Notes under the pieces: generated by a model
What the model was told of the DNA's origin: nothing
Databases searched by the model: none
The model's input: only the letters and a program-made list of their open reading frames with translations
Translations under genes and position numbers: made by a program
In this document: one piece after another, positions 27,345 to 32,000 of the stretch
How positions within the stretch are numbered: the first letter of the stretch is position 1
How the letters are laid out: each line of letters starts with the position of its first letter
NCBI GenBank assembly: GCA_934660865.1
Contig: CAKUIA010000001.1
Location: forward strand, 30,001 to 62,000
Origin: an uncultured Opitutales bacterium
GTDB taxonomy: Bacteria > Verrucomicrobiota > Verrucomicrobiia > Opitutales > Intestinicryptomonadaceae
Direction of reading: 5' to 3'
DNA: 32,000 nt

Positions 27345-27647
27345 TTACGATTGCGCGTCGTCTACAACTTTGGGAACTACAATTTGGTTGTCGCGCTGGG
27401 CGGGAGCGTTCATAAGAACCTCCTGCACGGTAAGAACATCGCCGCATTCGTCTTTGCGCCAAACGTTGTACATCGAGTGGGCGTGCGCGCTTGCGTTAAC
27501 TTCGCTTACGTCTATGTGTGAAAGTTTGTCGAAATATTCGAGAATTTGATGAAGCTGCCCCGACAATTTTTCCTTTTGCTCGGCAGTTAAGTCTATGCGC
27601 GCCAAGTGCGCAACGTAATCTATGTCAATTTTAGGCTTTTCACTCAT
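27345..27647 (-). CDS. gatC: Asp-tRNA(Asn)/Glu-tRNA(Gln) amidotransferase subunit C
   Basis: 100-aa protein with VAHLARIDLTAEQKEKLSGQLHQILEYFDKL, typical of GatC. It lies immediately upstream of gatA. Confidence 0.9.
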   Translation of the reverse strand: MSEKPKIDIDYVAHLARIDLTAEQKEKLSGQLHQILEYFDKLSHIDVSEVNASAHAHSMYNVWRKDECGDVLTVQEVLMNAPAQRDNQIVVPKVVDDAQS

Positions 27648-27655
27648 AAGGGGCT

Positions 27656-27684
27656 AATATCTCCCTTTGGCGTGCGCCTTTCAA
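27656..27684 (-). promoter_or_regulatory. candidate sigma70-type promoter for gatCAB
   Basis: On the minus strand, TTGAAA (27684-27679) is followed by 17 nt and then GATATT (27661-27656), 8 nt before the gatC ATG. It lies just downstream of the terminator at 27706-27732. Motif match only, and it competes with a GGGAG Shine-Dalgarno-like element at 27665-27661. Confidence 0.3.
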
Positions 27685-27705
27685 GCCTTTTCTATAAAAA
27701 ACGTC

Positions 27706-27732
27706 AAAAAAAAGCCCGCCTAAACTCGGGCT
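27706..27732 (-). terminator. rho-independent terminator after the 27750-28964 gene
   Basis: The minus strand reads agcccg-agtttagg-cgggct followed by a U-run. In plus-strand coordinates the stem pairs 27713-27718 with 27727-27732, and the A8 run is at 27706-27713. Confidence 0.5.
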
Positions 27733-27749
27733 GCAAGCGCGGCAAAAGC

Positions 27750-28964
27750 CTACTTTTTTATTTCTATTACCTTTGCGTTTTTTTCGGCGTTTTTGTTTTC
27801 GCGCTTTGTCTTAAGCAAAACCGCAATTTGCATTGCAACGGGGCGGTCAAGCTCGCCGTCTTTCAATGCCTTATACAGGTATTTCGAAAACAAGTCGTTG
27901 TCTAAATTAAGGGCCACAAGCCTTAAACATTCAAGATATCCCGCCCCTATGGCAAAGCGCTTTTTGTCGTCGTCGGTAATGGGCTTGCTTTTAGACCTTA
28001 AAAGACTTTCCGCATAGGCGCCCTCCTGCGTATTTTTAAGCATATCCATAATGCGCAAAAATGTTTTATAGCGCCCCGTTGCGTAAAATTCGCCGAAAAG
28101 CCAGTCTATTTGGGCGGGGGCAAATTCGTAGGCAAAAATTTTATATGGGTCCGGGAACGGGCAGCTTGCAATAAAATTTACCGCCTTTTTGTCGTTTTCG
28201 CTAAGGAATTTTTCGTTCGGCGTAATGCCCGAAACCGCCAAAAGCGTTATGGCCTTTACCTTTTGGTATTCGTCGAAAGTTGCCAAGTTGCCCTGCAGTT
28301 TTTCGAATAAAAACGGCTGTTGCGAAAATGCCGTTTTAAAAAAGCCCATAAAAAGCCAGTTAAGCCCAAGCGGCGCCCCCTTTTGCGTTATCGAAACTTT
28401 TGGCGACAAAAACATGGTATACAATGCCTGCAAGTTTGGCTGCGCGCAATAGTCGTACATAAGCCTTATCGCCTTGCTGCGCGTCATGTTAAAATTTTCG
28501 GCGCAAAAATCTGCAACTGCAAATGCCGACTTGTATTCGGTTGAATTGCCGTTTTTGTCTTTTATTTTAAGAACAAAAACATACTCGCCCTTTTGGTTTG
28601 GAACGGTAAAGTCGGCCTGGTTCGACAACGGAAAATACGAGACATTGTCGCTTTTGCTTTCGTACGAAAATTCCGAATTTTGCACAAGAACTTTCGATGT
28701 TTTGTCGGGCAGAACAACCGAAATTTCGTACGAGCAAGAGTATGCGCCCTTTTTGTCGGTTTTGGCGAACGCAAAAAGCGAGAGTTTTTCGCCGCAAAAG
28801 CCCGAATTTATGTTCTGCACAAAAGGCGAGCTGTTTTCGGGCGCCAAATACCACCAGTCCATACTTCTATGCTGCAGCGACACCGCAAGTTTGTAGTCTT
28901 GCGCGCGCAGGCTAGCGGCAAAAAACGCCAACAAAGTAATGAAAGCTGCGGTATAAAATTTCAT
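27750..28964 (-). CDS. hypothetical secreted protein (about 404 aa), no recognisable domain
   Basis: The signal-peptide-like N-terminus is MKFYTAAFITLLAFFAASLRAQD, and I prefer ATG at 28964 over the track's TTG at 28970. The N-terminal third looks beta-rich, the C-terminal part looks helical, and the tail is Lys-rich. It starts 11 nt after the upstream stop. Confidence 0.7.
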   Translation of the reverse strand: MKFYTAAFITLLAFFAASLRAQDYKLAVSLQHRSMDWWYLAPENSSPFVQNINSGFCGEKLSLFAFAKTDKKGAYSCSYEISVVLPDKTSKVLVQNSEFSYESKSDNVSYFPLSNQADFTVPNQKGEYVFVLKIKDKNGNSTEYKSAFAVADFCAENFNMTRSKAIRLMYDYCAQPNLQALYTMFLSPKVSITQKGAPLGLNWLFMGFFKTAFSQQPFLFEKLQGNLATFDEYQKVKAITLLAVSGITPNEKFLSENDKKAVNFIASCPFPDPYKIFAYEFAPAQIDWLFGEFYATGRYKTFLRIMDMLKNTQEGAYAESLLRSKSKPITDDDKKRFAIGAGYLECLRLVALNLDNDLFSKYLYKALKDGELDRPVAMQIAVLLKTKRENKNAEKNAKVIEIKK

Positions 28965-28975
28965 CTGCAAAAAAA

Positions 28976-30277
28976 TTACGGTTTTGGTTGCGGCAACGGT
29001 TTTTGCGCCTTAATCATTTTCGGCATATTGCCGACAAGCTTTAAATAGTAGTCGTCGGGCAAGCCTTCCATATCCAAAAACTTGCATTTTTCGGGCTTGG
29101 GCGGGGTGTTTGTGCATTTGTAGATTGCGGTAGATTCGTTAACTTCGTCGAACATTGCAACAAACAGAGCCTTTGCGCCCGCTTTGACGGAAAGCGAGGC
29201 CATATCCCAAATAAACTTGCCCTTTTCGCGCGGAATTTCGTTGAAAACGCCCCTGTATTTGCCCACAAGCCTTGTGTTGTGCCACGAAAAGCCTGGGTGG
29301 ATTACCGGCAGATAGTCCAAATTATTGTCTTCGCACCACTCAATATCCTCCAAAGTTTTTTGCTCGTAGTTTAGGTTTATGCCCGAGTAGCGTATCGACA
29401 GCATGTCGGGGTCTTTTTTGCTTCGCACATAGCGGCCCACATTCCAGGGCGAAACCGCCGAGGCGTATTTTTTCATCATCTCGTGCAAAAGGGGTTTGTT
29501 GTGGCAGTCGTGCTTTAATTCCTTAAAGAAGGTCGGCACGCCGAAAATTATGTAGCAGTTTCCGTACTTTTCGTCGTTTTTAAGGAAGTCTAAAAACCTT
29601 TCTATGTCGGTTGTTTCAAACGCAAAGTGCCTGTCGTTAAAGCCCAAGCCCCAAATTATTACAACGGGCTTGCCGTTGTGGAATAAATAGGGGGTGTCTT
29701 TGTCGGCCATATACGAATTTGCCATGCTTTTCCAGTCGCCAATAAGGCGGTCGGCAACCTTGCCCTGCGGCATACCCGTTAGGTCGTACATAAAATATGC
29801 GCCAACGCCGTATTTTTTTGCCGCCTTAAAACAGTGGTCTACAACCGTGTCCTTGTCTTTGCGGCCTATCGAAATGTAGTATCTTTGCACTATTGCCCCG
29901 CCCGTGTGGTAGTCGCGCATCCATTTAAAATGCAGGTCTACGGTGCTATAGTCCAGCGCGCTGTAAACTTCGGCAACGGTGCCGTCGGGGTTGGTAAAGC
30001 GGGTGGGATATTTCACCTCGTATTCACCCATGCTCGGCCAAATGTCGAACGCCGCATAGCCGTCTACGGGCGAAGAGTGCTTGTGTTTGCCCCAAGCGTC
30101 CCAATCGCCGCCGCGTTTTACAAAAGAATCGCCCTCGGCTCTAAACCAGCCCTGATACCCCGCATACGCCGTGCCGTATAGGCTGTTGTTTTTCGGGTTT
30201 TTCGGGTAAAGGCTGCCCGCCGCAAAAAGCTGGACGCATGCAAAAGCCGCCGCAAAAAATAAAATGGATTTTTTCAT
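28976..30277 (-). CDS. secreted glycoside-hydrolase-like protein (family unassigned)
   Basis: The signal peptide is MKKSILFFAAAFACVQLFAAG (ATG at 30277, GGAG 13 nt upstream; the track's TTG at 30298 is less likely). The motifs AYAGYQGWF, FDIWP, VIIWGLGF, SPWNVGRY, HPGFSWHN and VAMFDEVNESTAIYK recall bacterial proteins annotated as xylosidase/arabinosidase-like TIM-barrel hydrolases. This is from memory, with low certainty about the family. Confidence 0.65.
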   Translation of the reverse strand: MKKSILFFAAAFACVQLFAAGSLYPKNPKNNSLYGTAYAGYQGWFRAEGDSFVKRGGDWDAWGKHKHSSPVDGYAAFDIWPSMGEYEVKYPTRFTNPDGTVAEVYSALDYSTVDLHFKWMRDYHTGGAIVQRYYISIGRKDKDTVVDHCFKAAKKYGVGAYFMYDLTGMPQGKVADRLIGDWKSMANSYMADKDTPYLFHNGKPVVIIWGLGFNDRHFAFETTDIERFLDFLKNDEKYGNCYIIFGVPTFFKELKHDCHNKPLLHEMMKKYASAVSPWNVGRYVRSKKDPDMLSIRYSGINLNYEQKTLEDIEWCEDNNLDYLPVIHPGFSWHNTRLVGKYRGVFNEIPREKGKFIWDMASLSVKAGAKALFVAMFDEVNESTAIYKCTNTPPKPEKCKFLDMEGLPDDYYLKLVGNMPKMIKAQKPLPQPKP

Positions 30278-30336
30278 ATAGATATACTTTCTCCCCAAAC
30301 GCTTTTATTGTGAAAATTTAGATGCACCGATACCGC

Positions 30337-31719
30337 CTAAAGCAATACCAGCGAACCAATGCCCAAAAAGATAAGAAAACCGCCCGAGTCGGTCAAGCCC
30401 GTAGTGAAGATAGAGGAACCCGCGGCAGGGTCTAACCCGAACTTTTTTAGCGCAAATGGAATTGCGCAGCCTACAAAGCCGCCCATTGTCATATTCAAAA
30501 TCATTGCAACCCACACCACCGCGGCAAAATCGAACCTATGCGTTGTAATTACCGCAATTATCGCGCCGAAAAACCCAATCAGCAGCCCGTTTAAAAAGCC
30601 CTTTAAAGCCTCGGTAATGCAAACTTTTGGGGCGTCGAACAATTCAACTTCGCCCATCGCAAGCGAGCGAACCGTAATGGCCAAAGTCTGCGCGCCCGTG
30701 TTGCCGCCAATACCCGCAATTATTGGCATAAACACCGCAAGCAAGGCCAAGTGCGAAATTTCGTTTTGGAAAGCCCCAACTACCGAGCTTGCAATAAAGG
30801 CCGTAAGCAAATTAACCATAAGCCAGGGCGCCCTGCTTTTTATGCTCGAAAATACGCCGTCGAACAAAGTTTCGTCGGCGCCGGCACCCGCCATTTTTTG
30901 GATATCTTCGGTGCCCTCGTCAACCAAAACGTCCAAAATATCGTCGTGGGTAACAACACCCATAAGAACGCCGTCTTCGTCTACAACGGGCAGAGCGTGG
31001 AAATTCGTGTCGGCCATAATTTGGGCAACAAGCTCCTTGTCCATCGACGGCCTAAGAATCCCAATTAAATTGGTGTTCATTATGTCTTTAATAAGGGCGT
31101 CGTGCCTGGCCAAAACAAGGTCGCGCATCGAAATTACGCCCACCAAAACGCCGTTGGTGTCTATAACATACAAATAGTGCATGCTTTCGTAGTCGTTTTT
31201 GGTCTTGCGTACAAGGTCTATTGCGTCGTCTACGGTAACGTCTTCGGCCAAAGTGGAGATATTCGGGTTCATCAAACCCGCGGCGGTATCGGGGTCGTAC
31301 TCCAAAAGCTCCCTAACCGTTTCGGCCGTTTCGGGCTGCGACTCCTCCAAACAGTCCAAAATTCGGTCTCGGTCGGTTTCGTCAAGCTCGCCTACAAGGT
31401 CGGCGGCGTCGTCGGGCTCCATTTCGTTAAGCAGCGAAGCCGCGCGCGACTCCCTCATTTCCGACAAAAGCTCGGCCGAGTCTTCGGGGTTCATTTCCGA
31501 AACAACGTCGGAGGCCTTTTCCTCGCTTAACTTCCTTAAAATCTTGCGCTGCGTATCTACGTCTATTCTCGAAAGGAAGTCCGACAAAACGTGGGGGGGC
31601 GTTTCGGCAAGCAAAGTGCTTTGGAGCGAATCCAAAGTGCCGTCCTCGTACATCTGAACAAGAGAGAAAAGAGAATAACCAGTCTCTTTTACGCCGTCGT
31701 CTTTTTTGTCGTTATCCAT
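30337..31719 (-). CDS. mgtE: magnesium transporter MgtE
   Basis: An acidic N-domain is followed by a tandem CBS pair (VIDTNGVLVGVISMRDL and VVDEDGVLMGVVTHDDI). The C-terminal TM domain carries GIGGNTGAQT and a final GLTDSGGFLIFLG. 460 aa. Confidence 0.92.
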   Translation of the reverse strand: MDNDKKDDGVKETGYSLFSLVQMYEDGTLDSLQSTLLAETPPHVLSDFLSRIDVDTQRKILRKLSEEKASDVVSEMNPEDSAELLSEMRESRAASLLNEMEPDDAADLVGELDETDRDRILDCLEESQPETAETVRELLEYDPDTAAGLMNPNISTLAEDVTVDDAIDLVRKTKNDYESMHYLYVIDTNGVLVGVISMRDLVLARHDALIKDIMNTNLIGILRPSMDKELVAQIMADTNFHALPVVDEDGVLMGVVTHDDILDVLVDEGTEDIQKMAGAGADETLFDGVFSSIKSRAPWLMVNLLTAFIASSVVGAFQNEISHLALLAVFMPIIAGIGGNTGAQTLAITVRSLAMGEVELFDAPKVCITEALKGFLNGLLIGFFGAIIAVITTHRFDFAAVVWVAMILNMTMGGFVGCAIPFALKKFGLDPAAGSSIFTTGLTDSGGFLIFLGIGSLVLL

Positions 31720-31851
31720 CGGTTTTTACGGTAAATATTCAGGCAGGTTTTAAATCATATTCGGCAAAGTAAAAATGCAAAATGCGCGTTTCACAAGATA
31801 TTTTTACAAAATTTTGTTGATTGCCGCCATTTTGGCTGTTTCATTTTTTGC

Positions 31852-32000
31852 ATGAAGAAAAACGCAAAGAGAATATATATGGCGGGCTCGCTTTTTTGCG
31901 GAAGGGAAATTTTCGGCAATGCCGCCCTTGCCGCCGAAATCGAAAATCTTTCGGGCAACGCCTATATTTGCGAACTGCCGCAAGACTACGAACCGCGAAG
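31852..32000 (+). CDS. nucleoside 2-deoxyribosyltransferase-like protein, 3'-truncated by the window edge
   Basis: My translation from ATG 31852 is MKKNAKRIYMAGSLFCGREIFGNAALAAEIENLSGNAYICELPQDYEPR. The IY(L/M)AG(P/S)LF pattern near the N-terminus is typical of the PF05014-type family. This ORF is absent from the ORF track because it runs off the window. Confidence 0.45.
   Translation, partial: MKKNAKRIYMAGSLFCGREIFGNAALAAEIENLSGNAYICELPQDYEPR

Noticed and set aside
30359-31177. A 272-aa plus-strand ORF antisense to mgtE. Similar long antisense ORFs occur at 3204-3869, 4551-5135, 8053-8652, 11359-11868, 19040-19537, 24286-24819 and 25353-25886.
   Set aside because: All lie nested inside genes with strong family motifs on the opposite strand. 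Their translations are low-complexity (Ser/Ala/Pro/Lys/Arg-rich) with no recognisable motifs. Stop-poor antisense frames are expected from the codon bias here, so I treat them as shadow ORFs.
31720-31851. A possible Mg2+-sensing M-box riboswitch upstream of mgtE.
   Set aside because: Only 132 nt separate mgtE from a divergent gene. The sequence is AT-rich, and I see none of the GC-paired helices an M-box of about 160 nt needs.
1-32000. A search for CRISPR arrays, tRNA/rRNA genes, IS elements, integrases, toxin-antitoxin pairs, and defence or phage genes.
   Set aside because: The largest non-coding gaps are about 100-130 nt (1339-1440, 15612-15715, 27648-27749, 31720-31851) and contain only promoter-like or terminator-like sequence. 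Every sizeable ORF is either a recognisable housekeeping family or one of two orphan secreted proteins. By eye, no repeat arrays or compositional break suggest an island.

Overview
This is a dense, nearly gap-free bacterial chromosomal segment with moderate GC by eye and about 30 genes. Coding is on the minus strand except at 2-1338, 15716-18216 and 31852-32000. (i) A 13-gene NADH:quinone oxidoreductase (complex I) operon, nuoB-C-D-E-F-G-H-I-J-K-L-M-N, runs from 15611 down to 2363, with a family-4 uracil-DNA glycosylase gene attached 10 nt after nuoN. (ii) A plus-strand trio encodes an orphan secreted protein, dCMP deaminase and YqgE/AlgH. (iii) A long minus-strand string encodes gatC-gatA-gatB, a Ste24-like M48 protease, a YtqB/MnmM-like methyltransferase, an Lrp/AsnC regulator, a class-I aminotransferase, der and fmt. 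(iv) mgtE is followed by a secreted glycoside-hydrolase-like protein and a second orphan secreted protein. An M23 peptidase and two edge-truncated genes complete the window. I found no rRNA, tRNA, CRISPR, transposase/integrase, phage or recognisable defence/toxin genes, and the longest intergenic gap is about 130 nt. I see no convincing evidence for a novel multi-gene system; this looks like core genome. The points most worth a second look are: no nuoA at the head of an otherwise complete nuo operon; the N-terminally extended UDG4 attached to the nuo 3' end; a Lys/Arg-rich tail on Der; two domain-less secreted proteins, one paired with a GH-like enzyme; an inverted repeat at the Lrp start; and a 26-codon hydrophobic sORF whose stop overlaps the start of the last gene. 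All family assignments come from motif recognition by eye, not from database searches.
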